Shown: positions 38,605 to 49,066 of the stretch, piece after piece
Layout: the number at the start of each line of letters is the position of its first letter
Numbering within the stretch: the first letter of the stretch is position 1
Notes under the pieces: model-generated
The model's database searches: none
What the model saw: only the letters and a program-made list of their open reading frames with translations
What the model was told of the DNA's origin: nothing
Position numbers and translations under genes: made by a program
DNA from: an uncultured Gammaproteobacteria bacterium
GTDB lineage: Bacteria > Patescibacteriota > Microgenomatia > Levybacterales > UBA12049
Direction of reading: 5' to 3'
Assembly (NCBI GenBank): GCA_965230895.1
Contig: OZ246394.1
Coordinates: forward strand, 980,668-1,044,667
Length of the DNA: 64,000 bases

Positions 38605-38690
38605 ATTATATTTATTCTTGTCTCATTTTATTTTATCGAGATTTTTTCAATAGGTAAATCCTAGGGCAGCTATAAAAAGGCAGTACTTTT

Positions 38691-40844
38691 TTATTGTTCT
38701 TGTTGCTGTTGGCCCGAGAGATAATCTTGAGCATTTTGTCGCAAAACCTCACGCGGCTTCGCGCCATCAGCTGGACCGATAATGCCTAGCTCTTCAAGTT
38801 GATCCATCATACGAGCAGCTCTCGCATATCCAACGGACATTTTTCTTTGTAGGAATGACGCTGAAGCAGTATTAAATTGTAAAACAAGATTAATTGCTTC
38901 CTCAATTTGTCCATCCTTACCATCAGACCCTCCAGACGAACCACCTTTTCCGGTTGCACCTTTCATTGGTAGAGGCTGACTAACAATTTCTTCTGTGTAC
39001 TCAACAGGATAGTTCTTTGACTTCAAAAATTCAACTAGCGTTCTTACCTCTTTTTCAGAGACAAACGTTCCCTGGATACGACTTGGCTTCGCTTGGTCAG
39101 GAGGGATGTACAACATGTCTCCCCGACCCAAGAGCTTTTCAGCTCCAATACTATCTATGATAACACGTGAGTCAATCATGGAAGACACGTTAAAAGCGAT
39201 ACGACATGGGATATTTGCTTTGATAAGGCCGGTAATAACATTAACCGATGGGCGCTGTGTAGCAATTACTAAATGAATACCCGTCGCACGAGCCATCTGT
39301 GCTAACCGAGCAATCGCGTCTTCAACTTCAACAGGCGCAAACATCATAAGATCCGCCAATTCGTCAATGAAAATAACAATATATGGCAATGCTTGAAAAC
39401 CCGAAAGTTCATTATAACCATCAATATTTCGGACTCCACGCTCAGCAAATATTTTGTATCTTCTGTCCATCTCATTCATTGCCCATTTCAATGCTGAAAG
39501 AATCTTTGCCGGGTCAACAATAACAGGGGTCAAAAGATGTGGAATACCGTTATACATCGTAAATTCAACTCGCTTTGGATCAATCATAATCATACGAACT
39601 TCTTGTGGAGATGCTCTAAAGAGGATTGATGCGATAAATGCATTACTCAAAACTGACTTACCGGAACCCGTAGTACCAGCAACCAAGCAATGTGGCATCT
39701 TTGCGATATCAACAGCCATTGGATTTCCTGATACATCTAAACCTAGTGCAACAGTTAATTTGGACTTAGCTTTTTGCATCGCGTTAGATGTGAGCATAGA
39801 TCGAAGTGTTACGACTTCGAGGGATCGATTTGGAATTTCTATACCGACAAGATTACGTCCAGGGATTGGAGCTTCAATACGAATTTGTCCTGTTGGAGCT
39901 TCTGTCGCAAGCGCCAAGTCATTGGCAAGTGATGTAATTTTAGAAACTTTTGTACCAAGTGCAATTTCGAGTGCATACTGAGTAACAGCTGGTCCAAGGT
40001 TTGCCTCAGCGACTCTCGTATCAATACCAAAACTCTGCAATGTACTTTCAATAGTTGAGGCAATTTTCTTCACATCTCCACGCTCAGCTTTTTTGCCAGG
40101 ATCTTCAGACAAAAGAGATGGTGAAGGATACTCCCAAACTCCAGGAGCACTTCCGGCAATAATATTACTGACAAGCTTTTCAGGAACCAAATCCTGATCT
40201 TTCTTTGGAGCTGGCGCAGGTGGACGAGAATTTTCCTTCATTGGCGCAATTTTTTCTTCCTCTTCCTCAGCTTTTTGCCCACCTTTAATCTGCAAACCTT
40301 TACCTTGTGCAAGTAGAGGTTTCTCTTTCTTAAACGACGCGAATAATTGCGTTGGAACCAATCTGCCTAAACCATCTTTGATACCAGCAACTGCTTGCAA
40401 TACTTCATCAATAGATGTATCAAAGAATACAAGAATACCAACAAGTAACCCTCCCAAAAAGACAAGATTTGCACCTGCAGGTGTGATTATTTCTTCGAGT
40501 ATTGAATAGATTTCAGCACCGACTGAACCACTCCGCACTAAGCCAACAAGGGAAACAAATACAAGCATATAACCGACGGTAACGTTAAGCTGAGAGAGGT
40601 ATGTCTTTAATCTTAAGAAGAGAAAACCGAAGCAGAATAATGCAAATGGGAAGAGCACTGCAAGTGGACCAAACATTTGTTCAAGCTTTGTACTAGCAAC
40701 GAGTGTTGACTCACTTTTATTAATAAGTGCAAACAAAAAAAGGAGTCCAGCAAGGAAGAATCCAAGACTGAAGATATTATAAACTGTTTTCTTTTTCAGC
40801 TTAAGCTTTAGTGGTTTTTTTCGACTACTACGTTTACCGGGCAT
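38691..40844 (-). CDS. ftsK: DNA translocase FtsK/SpoIIIE
   Basis: 717 aa; N-terminal TM helices, Walker A GTTGSGKSV, Walker B, and a C-terminal gamma (winged-helix) domain. Confidence 0.9.
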   Translation of the reverse strand: MPGKRSSRKKPLKLKLKKKTVYNIFSLGFFLAGLLFLFALINKSESTLVASTKLEQMFGPLAVLFPFALFCFGFLFLRLKTYLSQLNVTVGYMLVFVSLVGLVRSGSVGAEIYSILEEIITPAGANLVFLGGLLVGILVFFDTSIDEVLQAVAGIKDGLGRLVPTQLFASFKKEKPLLAQGKGLQIKGGQKAEEEEEKIAPMKENSRPPAPAPKKDQDLVPEKLVSNIIAGSAPGVWEYPSPSLLSEDPGKKAERGDVKKIASTIESTLQSFGIDTRVAEANLGPAVTQYALEIALGTKVSKITSLANDLALATEAPTGQIRIEAPIPGRNLVGIEIPNRSLEVVTLRSMLTSNAMQKAKSKLTVALGLDVSGNPMAVDIAKMPHCLVAGTTGSGKSVLSNAFIASILFRASPQEVRMIMIDPKRVEFTMYNGIPHLLTPVIVDPAKILSALKWAMNEMDRRYKIFAERGVRNIDGYNELSGFQALPYIVIFIDELADLMMFAPVEVEDAIARLAQMARATGIHLVIATQRPSVNVITGLIKANIPCRIAFNVSSMIDSRVIIDSIGAEKLLGRGDMLYIPPDQAKPSRIQGTFVSEKEVRTLVEFLKSKNYPVEYTEEIVSQPLPMKGATGKGGSSGGSDGKDGQIEEAINLVLQFNTASASFLQRKMSVGYARAARMMDQLEELGIIGPADGAKPREVLRQNAQDYLSGQQQQEQ

Positions 40845-40890
40845 AGTATTATTATAGTGCGTAAATAAGGTTTTAGCAATTTATATAAAG

Positions 40891-42288
40891 CTATTGTGAG
40901 CAAGTGAAGTTAGCGTCTTTCTGAAGTTTGACCATGCCACCCCATTCAACTGCTGTAAAGCCTGATCGTGTTGGAGTTGTAACAGTTGGTGCATCAACAA
41001 CTTTTCGGTCCTTCAAAGGCTCGAAGAACAATCGAACACGAATTGTTGTATCAGGCTTTGGTGAAATTGTGAGCTTTTCGATCTGATCAACTTCAGAAAC
41101 AGGCATCACTCCAACAAAGTAATATGGTGAGAATGGAAGGTATTTATTCCAATATTCCTTAAAGTCTTTTGTTTCTTTAGCATTCAAACCAAGCTGTGGA
41201 AGAATTGTTGAGTACAAAGAATCAAGTTCTGAATAAGATGCTACATACCCTTTTGTTGGTTTATTAAACGATGAATCTGGAATTTCAGCCTCATAATAAA
41301 GGTATGGGAATTCCTGACCACCTGATGTGATAGTTCCATCTGGTTCAGCTGTTACATTCCATCCACCCTGTGGGTATTGTGGGATAGTCAAGGTTAACGG
41401 ACCCTTTGCATCAACTTTAACTGCTGTTTGTTGCGTTTGTGTAGGATACAAATAGATCGCAGGCTTACAATCTGGTGTAAACCAACTGTATACAGGGGTA
41501 TCGACAAGATAGAACCACTTCAATTGAAGGTTTTCTTTTGCTTCACTTGAGAACTGTACAGGCTGCTGTGTTGGGATATATTCATACGCATCATTTCCAT
41601 CAATGAGGTAAACTGTGCCTAAATGATAGTACAATGTATACGCTTGATTACGTGATTGGACAAATAACGTTCCAGCGTTTTGTACACCTTGACGTGCTTG
41701 TAATGTATTTAATGTACTTTTGATATCTGCATAAATATACGCTGGCTCATTCAAGGCTGCTCCTGGGTTTGTTACATCTGTTTGGTTAAATGCAGCCGGA
41801 GGAAATTGACTTGTTCTCCAGTAATCAACTGTTTGGCGCTCTCCACCTTTACTTGTACAGTTCTTTACAAAATCAGGAATTGCTACACCGTCTTTAATAT
41901 AGACATTAAATAGTCGCATGTTCTTGTTCTTCTTTGTTGAGTCTACATAGATAAAGTCTTCACCAATTGGCTCACCGAAGTAGTTCTTACCTGGGACAAG
42001 ATACATGTCCTTGCCATCAGCGTTACCACCTGCTGCAACACCAACTTTTTTCATATCTTGTTGTACTTTATCTTCGGAGATACCTGCGTTTATTTTAAGG
42101 AGATTGAACTTAGCACCATTATATGTGACCTGATCTGCAGTGTTTGCAGGATCATAATCAACACAAGCTACTGCATCAACAGCTGTTGTATTAACAGGAT
42201 CATAGTTGGGTTTCATTGCGGTTGTTGCAGAAAGAGCTACAGCAGCAACTGCTACAACTCCGACAACAATAATTCCACTATCTTTCAT
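40891..42288 (-). CDS. Secreted hypothetical protein (465 aa) with N-terminal signal/anchor
   Basis: Hydrophobic N-terminus (IIVVGVVAVAAVALSATTA); no recognised domain; Tyr/Pro/Gln-rich; sits between ftsK and rnj. Confidence 0.45.
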   Translation of the reverse strand: MKDSGIIVVGVVAVAAVALSATTAMKPNYDPVNTTAVDAVACVDYDPANTADQVTYNGAKFNLLKINAGISEDKVQQDMKKVGVAAGGNADGKDMYLVPGKNYFGEPIGEDFIYVDSTKKNKNMRLFNVYIKDGVAIPDFVKNCTSKGGERQTVDYWRTSQFPPAAFNQTDVTNPGAALNEPAYIYADIKSTLNTLQARQGVQNAGTLFVQSRNQAYTLYYHLGTVYLIDGNDAYEYIPTQQPVQFSSEAKENLQLKWFYLVDTPVYSWFTPDCKPAIYLYPTQTQQTAVKVDAKGPLTLTIPQYPQGGWNVTAEPDGTITSGGQEFPYLYYEAEIPDSSFNKPTKGYVASYSELDSLYSTILPQLGLNAKETKDFKEYWNKYLPFSPYYFVGVMPVSEVDQIEKLTISPKPDTTIRVRLFFEPLKDRKVVDAPTVTTPTRSGFTAVEWGGMVKLQKDANFTCSQ

Positions 42289-42356
42289 ACTACATTACTA
42301 GTATATTCATATTGGAGAAGCGTTGTAAAGACATCAAAGAATATCAATCTTTTGGG

Positions 42357-44069
42357 TTATACCTCGATAACAACGGGCAGGACCAATGGTCGTGTTCTAA
42401 ATTTCTTGTATAAATGCCTCTCTGCTATTTCTCCTATCGCTCGTCTGACATGAAACCAATTAGTAACTTGATCTTTCTTTGTGGAAAATACTTTTTCAAT
42501 TTCTGTTGTAAGTGATTGTGAAAGGTCTTTCGTATCTGTAAAGGAAGATCCTCTGGAGATAATCTCAGGCCTTTCTGCGAGTTGTCCGTCAGATGATTTA
42601 ACTTCTGCCATAATAATCATTATTCCTTCTTTTGCTAGCTTCTCTCTATCACGAATGACGAAACTATCTACTTCTTCCCCAGAGACTTCATCGACATAGA
42701 CATGCTTAATTGGTACTTTCTTACCATACTTCACACTTTGTTTTGAAAAGATTACTTCTCTTCCATTTTCGACTAAGAAAATATCGTTTCTTTTGTAACC
42801 CATTTTCTGTGCAGTCGTTCGATAATTTACCATGTGCCGATAGGTACCGCTAATTGGCAATAAATACTTCGGCTGTGTTAATGCAATCAATAGCATATGA
42901 TCTCCAGCTGAACCGTGTCCAGAGACATGGAATGTACCTCCAAAATGAGAATTATGTAAAACTTTTGAACCTCTTTTTGAGATTGTGTCAGTAAGAGCAT
43001 TCACAGAAAGTTCATTCCCAGGAATTGTATCTGATGAAAAAAGCACACTGTCTAAAGGATCCAAGATAATGTCTTTATGCTCTCCTTCTGCTATTCTTGT
43101 CATTGCAGAATTCTCTTGACCTTGACTCCCAGCGATTATTAAGCACACTTGCTTGGCTTTGTATTTTGAAATTTCTGTAACTCCAATTTCAGTTCCTGGC
43201 CTCATATGGAGATATCCCAATTTCTCTCCAATTTGCTTTACTTTTAACATAGATCTTCCAACAAAGCAGACCTTTCGCCCAACCTTCTCTGCTGCTTGAA
43301 TTACCTGATTCATTCGAGAAATATTTGATGAATAGGTGGTGACAATAAATTTCCCAGGACATTCACGCATTTCTCGCTCAAAGTTTGCAGCTAGATGAAT
43401 TTCTGAAGGAGTAAACCCATCCTTCTCAGAGCCGAGACAATCCGACATTAAACAAATGAAACCTTCTTGTGCAGCTTGAGTTATTTTAAGAAAATCAGTT
43501 CGTTTTCCATCCGCTGGAGTAAAATCAAATTTAAAGTCACTTCCATGAAAGAAATTTCCTGCTGGCGTTTTAATAATAATATTTGCACTATCAGGAACTG
43601 AATGTGTAACTCGGACAAATGAAACGGTAAATTCACCAAGATGTAATTCTGGATCAGTAAACTGGACAGTATTGATGATAGGCTTCATCTTATAATCTAA
43701 TAATTTTTCATTTGCCAAAGCAGCAGTCAGTGGTGATGCATAAATTGGGAATTCAGGAAGTTGCGGCAATATAAATGGTAACCCTCCGATATGATCTTCA
43801 TGTCCATGTGTCAAAACGAGTCCAACAATTTTCTTTTTCCCAGACTTCAAAGATTCTAATAGCGGCGCTATATCTGGTAGTAATAAATTCACGCCAAGCA
43901 TTCCCTCATCCGGAAAACCAAGTCCACAATCGACAATAAGTATTTGGTCTTTAAACTCATAAAGATACATATTTCGCGTGACATCTTCTTCCCCACCTAA
44001 TGCCATGAATGACACTGAAGGAAGTACTGGAGCATTTTTTTGATTAGTTGTAGGTTTTTTATTTTCCAT
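42357..44069 (-). CDS. rnj: Ribonuclease J (metallo-beta-lactamase / beta-CASP family)
   Basis: 570 aa; HGHEDHIGG metallo-beta-lactamase motif, beta-CASP region and the RNase J C-terminal domain. Confidence 0.9.
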   Translation of the reverse strand: MENKKPTTNQKNAPVLPSVSFMALGGEEDVTRNMYLYEFKDQILIVDCGLGFPDEGMLGVNLLLPDIAPLLESLKSGKKKIVGLVLTHGHEDHIGGLPFILPQLPEFPIYASPLTAALANEKLLDYKMKPIINTVQFTDPELHLGEFTVSFVRVTHSVPDSANIIIKTPAGNFFHGSDFKFDFTPADGKRTDFLKITQAAQEGFICLMSDCLGSEKDGFTPSEIHLAANFEREMRECPGKFIVTTYSSNISRMNQVIQAAEKVGRKVCFVGRSMLKVKQIGEKLGYLHMRPGTEIGVTEISKYKAKQVCLIIAGSQGQENSAMTRIAEGEHKDIILDPLDSVLFSSDTIPGNELSVNALTDTISKRGSKVLHNSHFGGTFHVSGHGSAGDHMLLIALTQPKYLLPISGTYRHMVNYRTTAQKMGYKRNDIFLVENGREVIFSKQSVKYGKKVPIKHVYVDEVSGEEVDSFVIRDREKLAKEGIMIIMAEVKSSDGQLAERPEIISRGSSFTDTKDLSQSLTTEIEKVFSTKKDQVTNWFHVRRAIGEIAERHLYKKFRTRPLVLPVVIEV

Positions 44070-44119
44070 AAATTAACTGATATAGTATACCTCTGAGGGA
44101 TATGTAACACAAGTTATGA

Positions 44120-45451
44120 TTAGACTTCTGAAGTAAAAAGTTTGTGATTATCCGCAGTAATTTTGATATTCTTGGCTTCACCAGCGATAATCATTCTTGC
44201 TGCCTTTCTGCACATCATGTTTACAAGTCGTTCAAGACCACGAATTCCAGGATCGTATCCTAATGGACGAATGATAATTTCCCAAACAGGTTCATCAATA
44301 ACGAGCTGTTCAGGCTTTAAACCAATAAGTTTACTTACTTTTGGAAATACATAATCACGTCCAATGTGCATTTTTTCTTCATCATTATAAGAAGGCATTT
44401 GGATAATTTCCAAACGGTCGATAACAGCAGTTGAAATAGCAGTCGTATTGTTTGCTGTAGCTACGAATAGAGAGTTTGAAAGATTAAATGGATAGTCCAC
44501 ATAATGATCTGTAAACGCATTGTTTTGTCCAGGATCCAAAAGTTCAATTAAAACACCCATGATGTCAGCACGAGCTGCTTCGGTCACACGATCTAATTCA
44601 TCCATGAGAAGCACTGGATTTTTTGTACCTGCATGCACAAGTCTTTTGATAATTTGTCCAGGTTCTGCATCTGGGAAGAAACGTGATTGTCCACGGAGCA
44701 CACGGGAATCAGCCATACCTCCAAAAGGAATACGCTCAAATTGCCTTCCAAGAGCTTCAGCGATTGACATCGCAAATGTTGTTTTACCTGTACCTGCCAA
44801 TCCTACAAAACAAAGCACTGGAGATTGTGTAGCAAAATCAGGTCCGTTATTTTGGAGATTAAGCATAATTGAGGCGATATACTCAAGCATACGATTCTTC
44901 AATATTTCCAATCCGAAGTGATCACGGTCTAAGACTTCCTTTGCTTTCTTTAAATCGAGGATATCGTCACTTTTACTAATCCAAGGCAATCCAGTTACCC
45001 AATTAATATAACGCTGAGTTGATTCATATTCCATGATATACGTGGAACTCATAAACCCAGATCCAGAACGGATTAATGCCAATCGAGCAATACGATCTTC
45101 AAGAATCTTTCGAAGTTCATCAGGTACTGGTGCTTTTTCCACTTTTTCTCCAAGCGCTCGAATCTGATCGTATGATTCACCTTTGCTATTGGTGGAGGTT
45201 GGTTGTGTGATCGTCCCACCACTCGCAGCAGCTTGAGTCACATTTGCGGTTTGTGCAGCGCTTGCTGCTTGCACTTGTACTGCTTCCACTGCTTCTTGTT
45301 GTTGCGTGATTTGACTACTTGGTAATGCAGCAATTGGCTGATCACCATTATTGGTCGAATTATCACCATTAACTCCGCCTCCAGTGGTAGGAGTTTGCGA
45401 TTGTGGTGGTGCAGCAGGAGCTGAACCTGGTGGTTGAGCAGTAGGGTCCAT
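44120..45451 (-). CDS. Lon-like AAA+ ATPase lacking the S16 peptidase domain; disordered ~90-aa N-terminus
   Basis: 443 aa. After a Pro/Gln/Ala/Thr-rich N-terminus it tracks the Lon linker-helix and AAA+ module (YINWVTGLPW; Walker A GLAGTGKTT; FERIPFGGMADSRVLRGQSRFF; Walker B LLMDELDR; sensor-2 region). The ORF stops (ITADNHKLFTSEV) where the Lon peptidase domain would begin, and rnj follows 50 nt later. Confidence 0.7.
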   Translation of the reverse strand: MDPTAQPPGSAPAAPPQSQTPTTGGGVNGDNSTNNGDQPIAALPSSQITQQQEAVEAVQVQAASAAQTANVTQAAASGGTITQPTSTNSKGESYDQIRALGEKVEKAPVPDELRKILEDRIARLALIRSGSGFMSSTYIMEYESTQRYINWVTGLPWISKSDDILDLKKAKEVLDRDHFGLEILKNRMLEYIASIMLNLQNNGPDFATQSPVLCFVGLAGTGKTTFAMSIAEALGRQFERIPFGGMADSRVLRGQSRFFPDAEPGQIIKRLVHAGTKNPVLLMDELDRVTEAARADIMGVLIELLDPGQNNAFTDHYVDYPFNLSNSLFVATANNTTAISTAVIDRLEIIQMPSYNDEEKMHIGRDYVFPKVSKLIGLKPEQLVIDEPVWEIIIRPLGYDPGIRGLERLVNMMCRKAARMIIAGEAKNIKITADNHKLFTSEV

Positions 45452-45529
45452 AAGTATATATTACAATATTTGAGGAATATTACAAAATTATGATCTTTAT
45501 CTCGTATACTCTTTCGTATTGTAGCGTTT

Positions 45530-46285
45530 ATGAATGCAGAAATTTATATTGGCACTTCCGGTTGGCATTATGACGATTGGGTTGGTCTGTTCTATCCTTC
45601 TGAAATTAAGGGATATAACGAACTCCGATATCATGCCCAGTATTTTAATACCGTTGAGAATAACTCATCATTTTATCGAATAGCTGGTGAGTCCACATAT
45701 AAAACTTGGTCCAGAATGACACCAGAACCATATAAATTTTCAATGAAACTTAATAAGGATATTACACACATCCGTAAACTTTCATTGGACGAGGAGACAC
45801 GAAAAAAGATTCATTATGTTCTCGAAACAACGCAAGTTCTTAAAGAGAAACTTGGAGCAATTGTTATCCAATTACCAGCTAGCTTTAAATATGACATCAC
45901 ACTATTAGAGACTTTTCTTTGTTTTTTTACAACAGTTGTTAAAAAACAAACATACTCTTTTGATGTAGCAATTGAGTTCAGAAATAAGTACTGGTTCAAT
46001 GAAGATACCTATGCACTATTAAGAAAATACAATATTGCGCTCGTTGCCAGTCAGTCATCAAGGTATCCAGAAGTTCGTCAAGTTACTGCAGATTTTGCAT
46101 ATATACGTATGCACGGGCCAGAGAAACTCTTTGCTTCAAAATATACTATAGAGCAGTTACAAGATTGGGCTTCGTATGTGAGAAGTATCCAATCGCAAGT
46201 AAAACGAGTCTATATCTACTTTAACAATGATTTCCATGGATATGCTTTAGAGAATGCTAAGGAGCTTAAAAAAATGCTTAAGTAG
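45530..46285 (+). CDS. DUF72 (YecE-like) family protein
   Basis: 251 aa; the IGTSGWHYDDWVGLFYP signature is characteristic of DUF72. Confidence 0.8.
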   Translation: MNAEIYIGTSGWHYDDWVGLFYPSEIKGYNELRYHAQYFNTVENNSSFYRIAGESTYKTWSRMTPEPYKFSMKLNKDITHIRKLSLDEETRKKIHYVLETTQVLKEKLGAIVIQLPASFKYDITLLETFLCFFTTVVKKQTYSFDVAIEFRNKYWFNEDTYALLRKYNIALVASQSSRYPEVRQVTADFAYIRMHGPEKLFASKYTIEQLQDWASYVRSIQSQVKRVYIYFNNDFHGYALENAKELKKMLK

Positions 46286-46291
46286 GATGTA

Positions 46292-48649
46292 TTATCTGCT
46301 GAATCGCTTCTTTGGACCGAATTTTCCTCGGCCTCCACTGCGCTTTTCATCATTTTCTCTTTGCAATTGTCGTGACAATGGATGATCTGATCGAGGTCGG
46401 TCTCCACCACGGTCATTGCGATCATTTCTTCGATTGTTGTTAAATGGTCTACCACTTGGACGATCAAACGATCGTTGTCCTCGATCATCGCCACTACCTT
46501 GTGGTCGATCAAAGTTTGGTTGTCGTTCTTCTCCACCTTCATCCTCAGATGGCCCTTCGTCATCACCAAGAAGCATTGTTAAATTAATTCTTCCTTGCTG
46601 ATCTTTCTCTTCAATCTTTACTCGGACAACATCTCCAATTGCAACAACTTCTGCTGGATCTTTGACAAATCCTCGCTTCATTTTACTAACATGAACCATG
46701 CCTTCTCGTCCTGGAAGATATTCAACAAATGCCCCGAATGGAAGGATTCTCTTTACTTCTCCTTCAAATTCTTCACCTGGGACAACTTCTCGAGTCATGC
46801 CACTGATCCAATCAACGGCTTTCTGTACTGATTCTGCTGAAACACCTGTGATACTTACTTTTCCATCATCATCAATGTCGACATCAGCACCTGTTGTCGC
46901 AATGATATTTTTAATATTCTTTCCACTTGGTCCGATAACTTCACCAATCTTTTCAACTGGAACATGAATTTGCTCAATCTTTGGAGCGTATTCTGAAACT
47001 GCTGCCCGAGGTTCTGAGATTGCATTGACGATTACTTCAAGGATATGCATTCGTGCTGTTCGAGCTCGAGCCAAAATTTCTGAAACCTGTTGGTCAGTAA
47101 GACCTGGGATCTTAACATCTAATTGGATTGCTGTAATACCCTTTTCAGTACCAGCAACTTTGAAATCCATGTCACCTGAGAAATCTTCAAGCCCGATGAT
47201 GTCAGTCAAAAGAGTGTATTTATCACCTTCAGACATCATACCGATTGAAATACCAGCGACAGGAGCAGTGATAGGAACACCAGCGTCCATCAAAGCAAGT
47301 GTTGATCCGCAAGTTGATCCCATTGAACTTGAACCGTTTTGTGAGAGTACTTCTGATACAACTCGGATCGTATATGGGAAATCTTCTTTCGCTGGAAGCA
47401 CTGCTCGCAGTGCTTTTTCAGCCAAAGCACCGTGTCCGATTTCTCGTCGACCTGGAGTTCCAACACGTCCAGTCTGACCAAACGAATATGGAAGACCTGA
47501 ATAGTGATGCATGTAGTGTCGTGATTCTTCACCTTCTGCAGTTTCAATAAGTTGCTCCATTCGTGGAGATCCAAGTGTCGCAATACTTAAAACTTGAGTC
47601 AAACCTCTTTGGAATAGACCTGATCCATGTACTCGAGGGATGAGGCCAACTTGTCCAGTGATTTCACGAAGTTCATCAACTTTTCGGCCATCTGCTCGCT
47701 TTTGCTTGTTAACAACATCTGATCGGATCATCTTGAACATAACTTTTTCGAGCGCTGCTGCAAGTGTTTTCTTATCAATATCCTCTGTTGGATTCTTCAA
47801 TTTGAATTCATCATACACTTTGTCGACGAGAATACCAGTTTCGTTTCCGCCACCTTCTTTGCCTACTCGAGTCTGAATGATTTTTTGGATATCTTCTTTA
47901 TAAGTCTTTTCAAACAAATTGATTGCTTCAGTAAGTTCAGCATCTTGCTGTGGAACTGGAAGTTTTTCTTGTCCTACCTTTTTGACAAGTTCTTCAATTG
48001 ATGCAATAACTTTTCGTGTTTCTTCGTGAGCTTTTACAATACCTTCATGAACAATTTCTTCACTTACCTGCATTGCTCCTGTTTCAATCATGTTTGTAAG
48101 ATCTTTTGTCTGTGAGACTACAAGATCAAGATCTGAAATCAATTGTTCAGGACGTGTTGGATTACTGATAAATCCACCTTCTTCTGTGTATCCCATACGT
48201 ATACCTGCAACTGGACCATTCCAAGGGATTCGAGAGATAGCAAGTGCTGCAGAAACAGTATTGAATGCAACCATATCCGCATCATTATCTTCATCTATAG
48301 AAAGGATTGTAATTATAACTTGAACATCGTGCTTGAATGCTTTAGGGAAAAGTGGGCGAATTGATCGATCGATAAGTCTACCTGTGAGGATTGCATCATC
48401 TGATGGACGACCTTCTCTTTTTACCCATCGACTACCTTTAATTCTTCCACCTGCATACAGTCTTTCCTGCACTTCAACTGAAAGTGGGAAGTAATCAAGT
48501 GAGCTTTCGCCACCTTCAACAACTGTGACAAGAACAACTGTATCGCCAAGTCGGCCAAGTACTGCTGCTGTTGCTTGTGGAGCAAGTTCGCCTGTTTCAA
48601 ATGTTAAAGTCTTTCCTGCAAATTCAGCAGAGACTGAGGTTTTATTCAT
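46292..48649 (-). CDS. pnp: Polyribonucleotide nucleotidyltransferase (PNPase) with Arg/Gly/Asp-rich C-terminal tail
   Basis: 785 aa; two RNase PH domains, KH and S1 domains, then a ~100-aa low-complexity tail (RG, RND and DR repeats). Confidence 0.95.
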   Translation of the reverse strand: MNKTSVSAEFAGKTLTFETGELAPQATAAVLGRLGDTVVLVTVVEGGESSLDYFPLSVEVQERLYAGGRIKGSRWVKREGRPSDDAILTGRLIDRSIRPLFPKAFKHDVQVIITILSIDEDNDADMVAFNTVSAALAISRIPWNGPVAGIRMGYTEEGGFISNPTRPEQLISDLDLVVSQTKDLTNMIETGAMQVSEEIVHEGIVKAHEETRKVIASIEELVKKVGQEKLPVPQQDAELTEAINLFEKTYKEDIQKIIQTRVGKEGGGNETGILVDKVYDEFKLKNPTEDIDKKTLAAALEKVMFKMIRSDVVNKQKRADGRKVDELREITGQVGLIPRVHGSGLFQRGLTQVLSIATLGSPRMEQLIETAEGEESRHYMHHYSGLPYSFGQTGRVGTPGRREIGHGALAEKALRAVLPAKEDFPYTIRVVSEVLSQNGSSSMGSTCGSTLALMDAGVPITAPVAGISIGMMSEGDKYTLLTDIIGLEDFSGDMDFKVAGTEKGITAIQLDVKIPGLTDQQVSEILARARTARMHILEVIVNAISEPRAAVSEYAPKIEQIHVPVEKIGEVIGPSGKNIKNIIATTGADVDIDDDGKVSITGVSAESVQKAVDWISGMTREVVPGEEFEGEVKRILPFGAFVEYLPGREGMVHVSKMKRGFVKDPAEVVAIGDVVRVKIEEKDQQGRINLTMLLGDDEGPSEDEGGEERQPNFDRPQGSGDDRGQRSFDRPSGRPFNNNRRNDRNDRGGDRPRSDHPLSRQLQRENDEKRSGGRGKFGPKKRFSR

Positions 48650-48733
48650 GTTTTTTTATTATATATCCTTTCTCGTTCGTCTACAAACAGTAATTTAAAA
48701 TTCTCTTATGAAGAAATATCTGTAGTCTGTAAA

Positions 48734-49003
48734 TTAGTCTTTTAATCCGATCTTTGCTAAGATTCCGGAAACTCTCTTATCATCAACTTTTTTAAGGAAG
48801 TTAATAAGTCTTCGTCTTTTAGCAATCATTGATAAAAGGCCGCGTCGACTGTGTACATCATGAGCATGTGCTTTCAAATGTTCAGCAAGTCTTTGAATTC
48901 TTGTACTAAGAAGAGCAATTTGGACTTCAGGACTTCCTGTGTCACCTTTTGCTGTTTGGTATTCTGTAATAATTTCTTGTTTTTGTGTAGTGCTTAATGG
49001 CAT
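48734..49003 (-). CDS. rpsO: 30S ribosomal protein S15
   Basis: 89 aa; canonical S15 (GDTGSPEVQIALLSTRIQRLAEHLKAHAHDVHSRRGLL). Confidence 0.85.
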   Translation of the reverse strand: MPLSTTQKQEIITEYQTAKGDTGSPEVQIALLSTRIQRLAEHLKAHAHDVHSRRGLLSMIAKRRRLINFLKKVDDKRVSGILAKIGLKD

Positions 49004-49066
49004 AACAAAATGTATTATAGCATTTTACGCTTGTAACAACAAGTACTAATGTAAGAGCAGATCCTA

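Noticed and set aside
39454-39981. 175-aa plus-strand ORF
   Set aside because: Antisense within ftsK.
47025-47477. 150-aa plus-strand ORF
   Set aside because: Antisense within pnp.
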